Shown in pieces: positions 41,841 to 51,438 of a DNA stretch of 64,000 bases. The notes under the pieces were generated by a model. The model saw only the letters and a list, made by a program, of their open reading frames with translations. It was not told the origin of the DNA and searched no databases. Origin of the DNA: an uncultured Acidobacteriota bacterium (GTDB taxonomy: Bacteria; Acidobacteriota; UBA6911; RPQK01; JAPXNP01); NCBI GenBank assembly GCA_963777605.1, contig CAVZRV010000029.1:64001-128000 (forward strand). Reading direction: 5' to 3'. Within the stretch, counting starts at the first letter, position 1. Each line of letters opens with the position of its first letter. A program made the translations under genes and the position numbers.

Positions 41841-42031
41841 GACGATTTCACGCAGCCGGGGGTGCCGCGCGGAGGCGCGGATTGGTGAAGACGGGAGTGT
41901 GCTAAATTCGAGCGGGAGTCGAAGCCGAGCCGGTTCTTCGGCGCATCGGCGGGCTCTCCTGTTCGACCCGTTAGGGAGGGACCTCTCAGCCAACGGAAGG
42001 GTGTGCTTGAGAGTCTCGTGCGGTCAAGCCC

Positions 42032-44389
42032 ATGGCAGACAGAAACAAGAGTAAGTCCCAGGCGAGAACCGATTTCGCTAAGCGATTCCTGGAACTCGGG
42101 AAGCTGGAAAGCGGCCTGCCGGCGGGTTTCACTCTGAAGAACGTACTGGTCGGCCTGGTGATTGCCCTCCTCACGACCGCAATCCTTGTCGAGTATGAGT
42201 ATCAGAACATCCCCAACTATGCCCCGGGCGACATCGCCGATCGAACCATCAGGGCACCGCGCGACTTCACCGTAGTCGATGAGAAGGCTACCCAGGATAA
42301 GCGGGAAACCGTTCTGCGAACGGTCCCGGCAGTCTTCACCTTCGATTTTCGGGTAAACCAGCGGGTCAATTCCGAGATTCGGATGGGGTTTGAGGACGGG
42401 AGGCAGTTGATCGCGTCGGCGGCCGAACGGCTCAAGCTCGATCCCGAGGGCCCGCTTCCCCTTCAAGCCGTGAACGAGTTGAAAAAGGAGGCCGAAACGA
42501 TCCTCCCGCAGTTCGCCCACGGGAAGACTCTGGAGATACTTCTCAAGTATCGATTTTCCAAGCAGTTGGAAGATCAGCTGATCCAGCTGCTCGCGCACTC
42601 GATGCGGCCTCCGGGCGTCATCCTGAACCGGACGATTCTGTTGAGGTACCGCGACCGAGGCATTGTCCTTTTCAACCTGGTCACGAGCGAGAAGGAGGAG
42701 CTTGACGACTGGTTGGCCATTCGGGACCTTTCCCAGGCCCGGGACCTGTTGCGGCAGCAGGAGTACGAGTTGACCCTGGTAAGTGCCGACGAGAAGAAGG
42801 AACTGATCTCGTTCCTGGAACGTTGGGTTGTCCGGAACACCTACTTTGACGAGGACGCAACCCGGGAGGAGGAACGAAAAGCACTCGCCCGGATCGACCC
42901 GGTCCTGATCCAGGTGAAGGCGGGGAAGACGATCATCCGGGCCGGCGACGAAGTCACCGAACAGGCGATCGGTCAACTCGATGCCTTGCGCAATCTGAGG
43001 CTGCGCGAACGTTGGGTGGAGCGGATCGTCGGAGTTTTCCTGATTGCGGTCTTTCTCTACTTCGTGCTCTGGTCATACCTGCAGTTGCACATTGTGAAGG
43101 AGAAGAACCCGAGGGACTTCTTTCTGCTGGTCCTGGTCATGATGGGGAGTCTCCTCGTCAACCGCTTCTTCCTGGGACTGGGGGAGACTATTGCCCAGAG
43201 CCTCCGGGTGATGGAACTCCAGGAGCCGATTCACTTCTACTACTTTGCTCCCCTGGCTCTGGGGTCGGTCACGATTCTGCTCCTGGTGGGGGTCAACCTG
43301 AGCATCCTGTTCACGGTTGTCCAAGCGATTTTCATCGCGCTGCTCACCGGGGAGTTGCCGATTGCGGTGTATACACTGACCGCCGGGCTGACCGCGGTAT
43401 ATGTCCTGCGGCAGTATCGGGACCGGTCCGCCCTGATCCGTGCCGGGTTCTGGATCGGCGGGGTAAACCTGGTCGTGGCCTTTGCGTTTCAGCTCTGGTC
43501 GGTTACAGAGGCTTTCGAGCCTACGGTATTCCTCATCCGAAGCGCGGGTGCGATCGTGAGCGGGCTGCTCTCGGTGGTCATTCCGACTATTTTCCTGCCG
43601 ACACTGGAATCGCTGTTTGGTCTGACAACCGACATCCGCCTCCTGGAGCTCTCCAACCTGAACCGCCCCGTTCTGCGGCGGTTGGCCCTCGAGGCGCCCG
43701 GTACCTACCATCACAGCATTACCGTAGGGACGCTGGCAGAGGCCGGCGCGGAGGCGATCGATGCCAACGCCCTGCTGATTCGGGTCGGTGCCTATTATCA
43801 CGACATCGGGAAGCTGAAGCATCCCGAGTATTACGTCGAAAACCAGGTTTACACGGTCAATAAACACGAGTCCCTTTCCCCGAACATGTCAAGCCTGATT
43901 CTGGCCAGCCACGTCAAGGACGGGCTGGCGTTGGCGGCCGAGATCAAGTTGGGCCCGAAAGTCGCGGCGCTGGTTCCCCAGCATCACGGAACACGGGTGA
44001 TGACCTACTTCTACAACAAGGCGAAGGAGGCCGGGGCCGAGAAGGGAATCGAGGTCAGCGAGAATGATTTCCGGTATCCCGGCCCGAAACCGCAGAGCAA
44101 GGAAGCGGCAATCCTGATGCTCGCCGACCAGGTCGAAGCCGCCGCGCGGACATTGCAGGAGCCCACTCCGGGACAGATTCGAAGCCTGATCAACCGGATC
44201 ACCCAGGCAACGATCCAGGACGGGCAGTTGGACGAATGTGACATCACGATGCAGGATCTGACGAAGGTATCACGCGCGTTCGAGCGCGTTCTCACCGGGA
44301 TCCATCATCACCGGATCGAATATCCGGGTTACAGTTTCAGTAAAGAGGACGTTGAAAACCGCCAGCCCGAACCCCAGCGTGTTCAATAG
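42032..44389 (+). CDS. 7TM-HD family phosphohydrolase (PgpH-like)
   Basis: Extracellular domain, several TM helices, EAPGTYHHS, YYHDIGK, QHHGT, FRYPGPKPQSKE, LAD. Confidence 0.88.
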   Translation: MADRNKSKSQARTDFAKRFLELGKLESGLPAGFTLKNVLVGLVIALLTTAILVEYEYQNIPNYAPGDIADRTIRAPRDFTVVDEKATQDKRETVLRTVPAVFTFDFRVNQRVNSEIRMGFEDGRQLIASAAERLKLDPEGPLPLQAVNELKKEAETILPQFAHGKTLEILLKYRFSKQLEDQLIQLLAHSMRPPGVILNRTILLRYRDRGIVLFNLVTSEKEELDDWLAIRDLSQARDLLRQQEYELTLVSADEKKELISFLERWVVRNTYFDEDATREEERKALARIDPVLIQVKAGKTIIRAGDEVTEQAIGQLDALRNLRLRERWVERIVGVFLIAVFLYFVLWSYLQLHIVKEKNPRDFFLLVLVMMGSLLVNRFFLGLGETIAQSLRVMELQEPIHFYYFAPLALGSVTILLLVGVNLSILFTVVQAIFIALLTGELPIAVYTLTAGLTAVYVLRQYRDRSALIRAGFWIGGVNLVVAFAFQLWSVTEAFEPTVFLIRSAGAIVSGLLSVVIPTIFLPTLESLFGLTTDIRLLELSNLNRPVLRRLALEAPGTYHHSITVGTLAEAGAEAIDANALLIRVGAYYHDIGKLKHPEYYVENQVYTVNKHESLSPNMSSLILASHVKDGLALAAEIKLGPKVAALVPQHHGTRVMTYFYNKAKEAGAEKGIEVSENDFRYPGPKPQSKEAAILMLADQVEAAARTLQEPTPGQIRSLINRITQATIQDGQLDECDITMQDLTKVSRAFERVLTGIHHHRIEYPGYSFSKEDVENRQPEPQRVQ

Positions 44390-44786
44390 GCAGCGCAAGC
44401 GGCCTGTAAGTATCCCGGACCTGCGAAATTTCCTGACCCGGCTCTCCGGCCACCTGAATCTCGAGGACGGTTTCTCGGTCGTGCTCGTCAGCGATGTGGC
44501 CATGAAACGGCTCAACCGGCGATTTGCTCGCAAAGACTATCCAACCGACGTGCTGTCCTTTCCGACTTCGGATGAAGATCGTCGAATCGAGTGCTACCTT
44601 GGTGACATCTTTATCTCCGTGGAGACAGCCGACAGACAGAAATGTGGCCAACTTGGGGAAGAAATCCAGATTCTCGCTGTCCACGGGCTGCTCCACCTGC
44701 TAGGCTTCGACCATGAGGTTGACAACGGGGAGATGGTGGACTTCGAGACGCGTGTGAAGCGGGAGTTAGGGCTCCGAAGACAATGA
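44352..44786 (+). CDS. ybeY: rRNA maturation RNase YbeY
   Basis: PTDVLSF, LGDIFIS, HGLLHLLGFDH. Confidence 0.92.
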   Translation: MKTASPNPSVFNRQRKRPVSIPDLRNFLTRLSGHLNLEDGFSVVLVSDVAMKRLNRRFARKDYPTDVLSFPTSDEDRRIECYLGDIFISVETADRQKCGQLGEEIQILAVHGLLHLLGFDHEVDNGEMVDFETRVKRELGLRRQ

Positions 44787-46066
44787 GCTACGCGCCGTTC
44801 CTGCCTGCCTTCCTTCTGATTCTCTTTTTGGGGCTTCTGTCGGTCGTGGAAAGTGCCGTCAACCAGCTTTCCCGATTGGCTCTCAAGGTACTTGCCGAGA
44901 AGAATCCGTCTTCCAGGTATGACTTGCTGCACAAGATGGCGGAGGATCGTCGAGGTTTCCTCCTGCCGATCCAGTTTGCGAATCAGTTGATCCTGGTTCT
45001 TCTGACCGTGCTTGCGACCGAATTGCTGCTCAGCGGCGGGATCTCCTATCCCATGTTGTCGGCCGTCTGCGTGATGGGCATCGTCGTGGCGAGTGTCCGG
45101 CAGTTGCTGCCCTACCTTCTCACCCACAACAAGGGGGAACAGGTCCTGTTGAGGCTCGTTCCGTACTTCAGGTTTTTCTACGCGGTACTGAGCGGGACGG
45201 CATGGCCGATCCTGGCCAGTTTTCGCTGGATTCGGGCGGATGCCCTCAGCCGCACCGGTCCGGTTGAAGAGGATGAGGCCACGGACGAAGAGATTCAGGC
45301 TTATCTCGGGGTTGGGGAAGAAGAAGGGATCTTCGAGAGCGAGGAGAGTGAACTGATCCAGTCGGCCCTCGAGTTCGGGAACACCCTCGTCCGCGAGATC
45401 ATGACGCCGAGAAGCGAGATCACCGCGATCGAGGAAAGAGCGTCCCTGAACGAATTGAGGGAACTGGTGGTCAGTTCCAAACACTCCCGCATTCCGGTCT
45501 ACCGCGAGCGACTGGATCACATCGTCGGGATGGTTTACGTCCGCAACCTGCTGGCTTACCTGAACGGTGGTGACGACAAGAAACCGATCTCGCCGATCGT
45601 AAACGAAGTCCTGATCGTCCCTGAAACCAAGAGAGTGTACGACCTGATGAAGGAAATGCAGGCCAAGGCCGAGCAACTGGCCGTCGTGGTCAACGAGTAC
45701 GGAACAGTTTCGGGTCTCGTCACGATCGAGGACCTGATCGAGGAGATCGTGGGAGACATTCGGGATGAGGACGAGTTCCACCGGATTGATCTGGTATACG
45801 AGGGAGACGGGAACTACATCGTCCGGGGTGGGGTTGAAATCGGGGCGCTGGAAGAGGCTCTCGACGTGCGTTTTGGAGAGCACGAGGCGGCCACCGTATC
45901 GGGTTTGGTGGTTGACCACCTGGGTGCGGTCCCGGTTCAGGGAGAGGCCGTCCAGATCGAGCCGGTGGAAATCCAGGTCCTCAGCGCGGATCGGAAGCGA
46001 ATCCACACGATGAGAGTCCGCCGACTCGATTACTCGCCTCCCGACCATCCCGAGCCTCCCCTCTAA
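44783..46066 (+). CDS. CNNM/hemolysin-family protein (DUF21-CBS-CorC)
   Basis: VREIMTPR, HSRIPVY, VNEYG...GLVTIEDLIEEIVGDI. Confidence 0.88.
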   Translation: MSYAPFLPAFLLILFLGLLSVVESAVNQLSRLALKVLAEKNPSSRYDLLHKMAEDRRGFLLPIQFANQLILVLLTVLATELLLSGGISYPMLSAVCVMGIVVASVRQLLPYLLTHNKGEQVLLRLVPYFRFFYAVLSGTAWPILASFRWIRADALSRTGPVEEDEATDEEIQAYLGVGEEEGIFESEESELIQSALEFGNTLVREIMTPRSEITAIEERASLNELRELVVSSKHSRIPVYRERLDHIVGMVYVRNLLAYLNGGDDKKPISPIVNEVLIVPETKRVYDLMKEMQAKAEQLAVVVNEYGTVSGLVTIEDLIEEIVGDIRDEDEFHRIDLVYEGDGNYIVRGGVEIGALEEALDVRFGEHEAATVSGLVVDHLGAVPVQGEAVQIEPVEIQVLSADRKRIHTMRVRRLDYSPPDHPEPPL

Positions 46067-46091
46067 ATGGAGAACACCGGGGTTGATCACC

Positions 46092-47186
46092 ATGGAAGAA
46101 CCTGTCGAGCGGGACCATCGGGAATGGATGAGGCGCGCATTGCGGCTCGCCGCCCGCGGGGAAGGGCTGGCAAGTCCCAACCCCCTGGTCGGATCGGTGG
46201 TGGTCCGGGACGGTTCGATCGTTGGAGAAGACTACCACGTCTACGCAAAGCGCGATCATGCCGAAGTGCTGGCCTTGCGGCAGGCAGGGGACCGCAGCCG
46301 GGGAGCCGATCTCTATGTCAATCTCGAGCCCTGCGCGCACGTGGGCAGGACTCCTCCCTGTGCGGTGGCCGTCGCGGAATCCGGGATCAAGCGGGTTTTC
46401 GTTGCGGTGGAAGATCCGAATCCGCTGGTTGCCGGGCAGGGCATCGAGTACCTTCGGAGAAGCGGAGTTGAAGTCGAGGTTGGTCTCTGCCGGGAAGCTG
46501 CCCTGCGGCTGAACGAGGTGTTTTTCCGCTACATCCGGACCGGTCTTCCGTTCGTCACCTTGAAGCTTGCGATGACTCTGGACGGCAAGATCGCGGCCTC
46601 TGGCGGGGAGTCCAAGTGGATCACGGGACCCCGGTCGAGGCGGCGCGTGCAGAAAATGCGGTTCGCATCGGATGCCATCCTGGTGGGTATTGAGACGGTG
46701 CTCGCTGACGACCCATCGCTGGATGTCAGGTGGAAAAGCGGCAAGCGGATCACCAAGGTGATTCTGGACAGCCGGTTGAGGTGTCCGGACCAGGCCCGCC
46801 TTTTCGATTCGTCCGACCCGGTCATGATCTTCCATGGTTCGTCTGCGTCGGACCGGGATCGGCGTCGCCTGCACCCGCGGGCTGCGCTGGTCGAGGTCAC
46901 TGCCGGGCCGGCCGGTCTCGACTGGGACGCAATCCTGGCCGAGTTGGGCCGTCACTCGATCGCCGGCCTCCTGGTCGAGGGGGGAGGCCGGATTGCAGCC
47001 TCGCTGCTGGCGGAAGGCCATGTTAACCGGCTCAACCTGTTCTATGCGCCCAAGATCTTGGGGGCTGAAGGGATCGATGGAATTGGCCCTCTCGGCGATC
47101 GGAGCCTGGCAGAAGCAATCGCTCTCAGCGATGTCTCGCTCCGCCGCCTCGGCCCCGATTTCCTCCTCGACGCCCGCCTCCACTAA
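46092..47186 (+). CDS. ribD: Bifunctional riboflavin deaminase/reductase
   Basis: SPNPLVG, HAE, LEPCAHVGRTPPC, TLDGKIA, LVEGG. Confidence 0.94.
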   Translation: MEEPVERDHREWMRRALRLAARGEGLASPNPLVGSVVVRDGSIVGEDYHVYAKRDHAEVLALRQAGDRSRGADLYVNLEPCAHVGRTPPCAVAVAESGIKRVFVAVEDPNPLVAGQGIEYLRRSGVEVEVGLCREAALRLNEVFFRYIRTGLPFVTLKLAMTLDGKIAASGGESKWITGPRSRRRVQKMRFASDAILVGIETVLADDPSLDVRWKSGKRITKVILDSRLRCPDQARLFDSSDPVMIFHGSSASDRDRRRLHPRAALVEVTAGPAGLDWDAILAELGRHSIAGLLVEGGGRIAASLLAEGHVNRLNLFYAPKILGAEGIDGIGPLGDRSLAEAIALSDVSLRRLGPDFLLDARLH

Positions 47187-47190
47187 CATT

Positions 47191-47218
47191 TGTGACCTGT
47201 GATTTTTGATTTGTGATT
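47191..47218. repeat. Heptamer tandem repeat (TGTGATT-like x4)
   Basis: TGTGACC TGTGATT TTTGATT TGTGATT immediately after the ribD stop. Confidence 0.6.
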
Positions 47219-47248
47219 GGTTCTGATGGCCGCGCCGCCCTTCGGCCT

Positions 47249-47643
47249 TGAGACTATCTCCTTGGATGAGTTGAAAAACCTGGACGAATTGGATGCGTCT
47301 GGACGGAGATTGAGGCGATCGGTGGAGAGCCAGGGACGCGATTATCGGCTGGATTTCTGGTTCCTGGTCCGGTGCCAGACGTGGATGAGTGATGATCACA
47401 GGATCGGCGCCGGGCGGGCCCCTGAAGGGGGCCTGTTTCCAGCCCAGGCATTTGCCTGGGTTACGGTCCACCCATCAAGAATCCAGCCCTGAAAGGGCTG
47501 AACACCTCGTCGGACGAGGTGAATCGGGCGCGACCTTACAGGCCGCGATCGAAGTGCCGGGACCACAGACCCAGGGTAAATCCTGGGCTGAAACCAAGGA
47601 CGCTCAGCGCCACGTCCAGTTTCACTCTTTGAATGGTCCGGCG
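47249..47643. repeat. Dispersed palindrome-rich repeat, solo copy of array module 2 (57877-58270)
   Basis: Near-identical by eye over ~390 bp, including GCCCCTGAAGGGGGC, CCCAGGCATTTGCCTGGG, GCCCTGAAAGGGC and the end AGTTTCACT...GAATG. Confidence 0.92.
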
Positions 47644-47699
47644 AACGTGCTTTCGGGAATGGTTCCGGATCCGATGTAGTCCGGCACCTGGTCTTCAAT

Positions 47700-49100
47700 C
47701 TATTGGGCGATTTCGGGAGTAATCTCGCGCCATGCGATCTGCTTGAACGGGAGCAGGCTGAGAGCCATCATGATGCTCTTGCCCCGGAAGTAAAAGTCGG
47801 TGTTTCCGCTGAGGGTGAAGCTGGGTGTTCCGAAGACCGGGTTCCCATTGGCATCCTCTTCCAGTTTGGAGATGTAGATGCCCCCGATGATGCCCTTGTT
47901 GGCGCCACCGGTATCGACCTCACCCTCACCGACGACCATGATCAGGCCGTTGTAGTTGAAGCCGCCGTTGTAGTCGAGCTTTCCCCTCACAATCAGGAGG
48001 CCGCAGCCTTCTCCGCTGCCTGCGATCTTGAGATCCCCCTTCGCCACCACGATCTTCGGATCATCTTCCGTGCCAAGGTTTCCATCCACACTCGCATCGT
48101 CTTCGTAGACGACGTCGGCGGCTGCCGAGATCCGCTCGATGAGCGTCAACATGAAGTAAGGATTGAAAATGTTGGTGGCATCGTCGTTGCCCGAGTTGCG
48201 GACGTTTTCCGTGTCGTCCCGGAGGGCCGGTTCCCCACCGTAGGGACCATCGTCGGCTCCCGTGATGTTGTCTTTCTGGTTCTTCGACAGTGCATCGTAG
48301 ACTTCCTGCAAGGTGCCCGCTGCATCTCCTCCCGGGAGATCGTCGTTGATGACCGAGAGGCCGGCCTGTGCCGGATCGTTGCGGTGATTGTGGCCGCCAC
48401 GCAAAATTTCCTCGACAGACATGTTCGAGTGGTCGAAACCGTCAAGGTGAAAGGAGTTCCCGTCGAAGAGATTGTTGCTGGAAGGGAGAACATTGGGGCC
48501 GTAGACGGTGAAAGGAGAACTGACGTCCAGGCTCATGTCTCGCTCATAGAGAGCTTCGACCATCACAACCCCATTCTTCTGGATGCTTCCGTAGCGAACC
48601 ATTTCCTGGGGAGGCCCGGGGTGGATCCCGGCGACCCGGACGTAAAACTCGCCGTCGACGTCGGTCAGTAGATCGTTGTCACCGTCGTCGTTGTCGCTGA
48701 TTCTCGTAATGAAACGGCCATTTCCGACCGGAGTGCCATTGCCCGGAGTGATCAGTCCGGCAAGCGAGATCCTGCCAATCGAGCTCGGCAGATGGCGGTA
48801 GTCAATGCTCCGGGCTTCCAGCAGCGCCACCGGGTCGCGATAGAATGTTGGGCCGGGAGAAGCGTAGAGATCGACCGAGGTTGAGGCTGCAATGGCCTCA
48901 GTCAGATCGTTGCCACGGAGGATTCGCTGGGCGTCGGCCAGGCCGGCTTCCGCGATGAAGAGGGCGCGATCGTGGCCTTCGAACTCCTCGCTCATGGTGA
49001 AATCTCCCAGGCTTGTCATGGTAATGGCCAGCCCGAGGGCCATGAGAATGACGGAAATGATCAATGCCATGATCAGAGCGGAACCCTTCTGCCCGGACAT
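47700..49100 (-). CDS. PilX-like minor pilin with extended C-terminal domain
   Basis: QKGSALIMAL prepilin-like N-terminus without E5; ALFIAEAGL; ends WREI. Confidence 0.75.
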   Translation of the reverse strand: MSGQKGSALIMALIISVILMALGLAITMTSLGDFTMSEEFEGHDRALFIAEAGLADAQRILRGNDLTEAIAASTSVDLYASPGPTFYRDPVALLEARSIDYRHLPSSIGRISLAGLITPGNGTPVGNGRFITRISDNDDGDNDLLTDVDGEFYVRVAGIHPGPPQEMVRYGSIQKNGVVMVEALYERDMSLDVSSPFTVYGPNVLPSSNNLFDGNSFHLDGFDHSNMSVEEILRGGHNHRNDPAQAGLSVINDDLPGGDAAGTLQEVYDALSKNQKDNITGADDGPYGGEPALRDDTENVRNSGNDDATNIFNPYFMLTLIERISAAADVVYEDDASVDGNLGTEDDPKIVVAKGDLKIAGSGEGCGLLIVRGKLDYNGGFNYNGLIMVVGEGEVDTGGANKGIIGGIYISKLEEDANGNPVFGTPSFTLSGNTDFYFRGKSIMMALSLLPFKQIAWREITPEIAQ

Positions 49101-49112
49101 ATCTTTTTCCTC

Positions 49113-49784
49113 CTAGTCGGGAATTACCTGCGGGGTTCGGCTACGGATGAAGACCTCGGACTGCAGAGTGAGCGTGTAGTTCCTTCCCATCTGGAGATCG
49201 GGGTCGGTGGACCGGCCGGTCATGGACACTTGAACCCGGGCGATCGCGGCCGGGTCGGCGGTCGGAGTGCCATTGAGATCAAGGCAGGTAAACGTCAGAT
49301 TCGAAACCCCCTGTGCCAGGGTTTCCTCTCCGAGGCCGATATCGGCCTGGAGTTGGTTCTGGGCCGAGTCGTAGCGAAATTCGACAATTTCGTAGAGGCT
49401 GCTCAGCGTTCCGTCGGGGTCACCGGTAGCGTTGAGTTCGTCTCCGCCGCCGCCGGGTACCGAACCGGTTATGTCGGTGGCAATGCGAATGTGTCCCGGA
49501 CCAAGAATGGTCACCGGAGGAACCCCGATACTCTCCGACGGGTCGTTTCCTGCCTGGCGGATACAGCGGGAAATCTGGTCCATGGCGATGCGCATCTGCT
49601 GGGTCAGTTCGGCCTGCTCTGTTTGAGCCCGAAAGGAGGTTCCGCTCTGGAAGAAGACCACCACCATGGGACCCATCAGGATGGTCATGACGGTCAGTGT
49701 GATCATCACCTCGAGCAGGGTGAAACCCCGCTGGGCGGTCGCTGGTGCAGGGGATTTCTGAGTGTCAGAGTGGGTGCTCTTCAT
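49113..49784 (-). CDS. PilW-like minor pilin (prepilin N-methylation motif)
   Basis: QRGFTLLEVMI, MRIAMDQISRCIRQAG; ATGA overlap with the upstream gene. Confidence 0.78.
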   Translation of the reverse strand: MKSTHSDTQKSPAPATAQRGFTLLEVMITLTVMTILMGPMVVVFFQSGTSFRAQTEQAELTQQMRIAMDQISRCIRQAGNDPSESIGVPPVTILGPGHIRIATDITGSVPGGGGDELNATGDPDGTLSSLYEIVEFRYDSAQNQLQADIGLGEETLAQGVSNLTFTCLDLNGTPTADPAAIARVQVSMTGRSTDPDLQMGRNYTLTLQSEVFIRSRTPQVIPD

Positions 49785-50221
49785 GGTGCGAAGTCCGTCG
49801 TAAGCGTCAGGGTCTCGTTTTGACGTGGATTCGCGGTCATCGGTGCGACCGAGATGGCCACCGACTTTCGGCCCGAAGCCAGGTCCGTGACTTGCCAACT
49901 GACCTGGAAGTTCATCTGTCCCTGCAAGGTGCCAGTGGGTGCCTGCAACATGATCGTTTCGGGCCCGTGAGTGCCCGGAGTCAGATCGGCGGCAACCTGG
50001 CCACTGCTGATCTGCCAACCGAAGAGGTTGCGTAGTTCTTCAACCTTTGCCTGGGCCAGGTTGATGGCCTTCGTGTCGTAGTTGGAGAACTGCGTCTTGT
50101 CGAGGGAGACGATCATCAACTGGGCCAGGGCCAAGAGGCTGATGGTCAAAATGAACAACGCGATAATGGCCTCGAGAAGCGAGAAACCACTGCTTGTCCG
50201 GGAGTCCTGTGTCTCACTCAT
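49781..50221 (-). CDS. PilV-like minor pilin
   Basis: GFSLLEAIIA, AINLAQAKVEEL. Confidence 0.78.
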   Translation of the reverse strand: MSETQDSRTSSGFSLLEAIIALFILTISLLALAQLMIVSLDKTQFSNYDTKAINLAQAKVEELRNLFGWQISSGQVAADLTPGTHGPETIMLQAPTGTLQGQMNFQVSWQVTDLASGRKSVAISVAPMTANPRQNETLTLTTDFAP

Positions 50222-50679
50222 GCTGTGCCTGCGGCCTGAAAATCTTGTACTTCAATCATCCCCGAAGAACGAACCTGGACATCGATGCGCTGGCCGAACT
50301 CGTTGAATAGCGAAATTACGGCCGCGTCCGCGTTCCCCCGAGGAAAGAAACTGACACTGGCCGGCGTTCCGGGTCCAAATACCAAGTTCTGGTCAAGCGG
50401 TTTAGCCGTTCTGGGAGGATTTTCCGGATCTGCCGGATCCACGATCTGGAAATTGCGCTGTCCCGTGTTGATGCGGACTTCGAAGATCGCGTTCCGGGCC
50501 ACCGCAATCGTTCGGGCGAAGTTGAGTTCCGACGCCAGTTGAATAGCGGAACTTTGCAGCCTGCCCGCCCCGAGGCTCTCCTGCATGGCAGGAAGTGCGA
50601 AAGTCAGGATAATGCTCCCGACTGCCACCACGATGAGCAATTCGGTAATGGAAAATCCTCGACACGATTGGCGGTGCAT
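50218..50679 (-). CDS. FimT/GspH-like minor pilin
   Basis: RGFSITELLIV, LNFARTIAVARN, VSFFPRG. Confidence 0.8.
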   Translation of the reverse strand: MHRQSCRGFSITELLIVVAVGSIILTFALPAMQESLGAGRLQSSAIQLASELNFARTIAVARNAIFEVRINTGQRNFQIVDPADPENPPRTAKPLDQNLVFGPGTPASVSFFPRGNADAAVISLFNEFGQRIDVQVRSSGMIEVQDFQAAGTA

Positions 50680-50688
50680 TGCGATGTC

Positions 50689-50731
50689 AGGCTAGCACCC
50701 GGGGTGTCGCGAGATGGTGAGTGCAATCACT
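50689..50731 (-). promoter_or_regulatory. Putative CRP-type operator plus extended -10 for the pilin operon
   Basis: AGTGA-TTGCAC-TCACC (50731-50716) and TGcTAGCCT (50697-50689) on the minus strand. Confidence 0.55.
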
Positions 50732-50748
50732 AATCCGAAGCTGACTGC

Positions 50749-51438
50749 TTAATCGAAGAGTAGGTCCTCGATGAGCCGCTCCGGATCCTGCACAATGAAC
50801 CGTCGGGTCTCCACGCGGACCAGTCCCTGCTCCTGGAGATGACTCAGGACCCTGGTGGCCGTTTCTCTCGAAATGCCGACGATATCCGAGAGTTCCTTGT
50901 GGGTGAGCTTCATCGGGATCATGAAGCCGTCGTCGATCTCGATGCCCCGTTTCTTGACCAGGTGGTAAAAGGCCATCCGGATGCGGGCGTCGGCGTTGTG
51001 GAAAGTCAGTACTTCAATTTGAGCCCAGGCGTCGCGGCAGCGGTCACAGAGGGTTTTCATGATCACCCGGTTGGTCTTCGGATGGTCGAGAAGAAAATTG
51101 AACTCCCGGTATCCGATCACAAAGATCGTAGTCGGCAGGACCGCGGTCACGCTGGCCGGGGTAGTGCCGCCATCGATTAACGCCATCTCGCCGAAATACT
51201 CCCCGGACTCGTGGAATGCCAGGATCATTTCCTTGCCGTTGGGAAGCAACCTGGTGACTTTGACCCGTCCCTCCTTGACCAGGTACATGTATTGCCCCGT
51301 GTCCTCCTCCATGAAGATGATGTCGTTCTTGCGGTAGCGGCGCTCACGGAAGAGGTTGGCAACTGTATCGAGGTCCTCCTCAGAGAGATCGGCGAAAATC
51401 GGTATTCTCCGGAGGAAGTTCGAATCCGTCGAGGTCAT
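50749..51438 (-). CDS. Crp/Fnr family transcriptional regulator
   Basis: cNMP-binding fold (GRVKV...GEYFGEMAL) and HTH LTHKELSDIVGISRETATRVL. Confidence 0.92.
   Translation of the reverse strand: MTSTDSNFLRRIPIFADLSEEDLDTVANLFRERRYRKNDIIFMEEDTGQYMYLVKEGRVKVTRLLPNGKEMILAFHESGEYFGEMALIDGGTTPASVTAVLPTTIFVIGYREFNFLLDHPKTNRVIMKTLCDRCRDAWAQIEVLTFHNADARIRMAFYHLVKKRGIEIDDGFMIPMKLTHKELSDIVGISRETATRVLSHLQEQGLVRVETRRFIVQDPERLIEDLLFD

Noticed and set aside
47217-47698. Short ORFs within the repeat copies (also 8552-9010, 57730-58098, 58308-58532)
   Set aside because: Indels between copies shift the frames, and there are no clear RBSs. Shared peptides such as LDASGRR simply reflect DNA repeat similarity.
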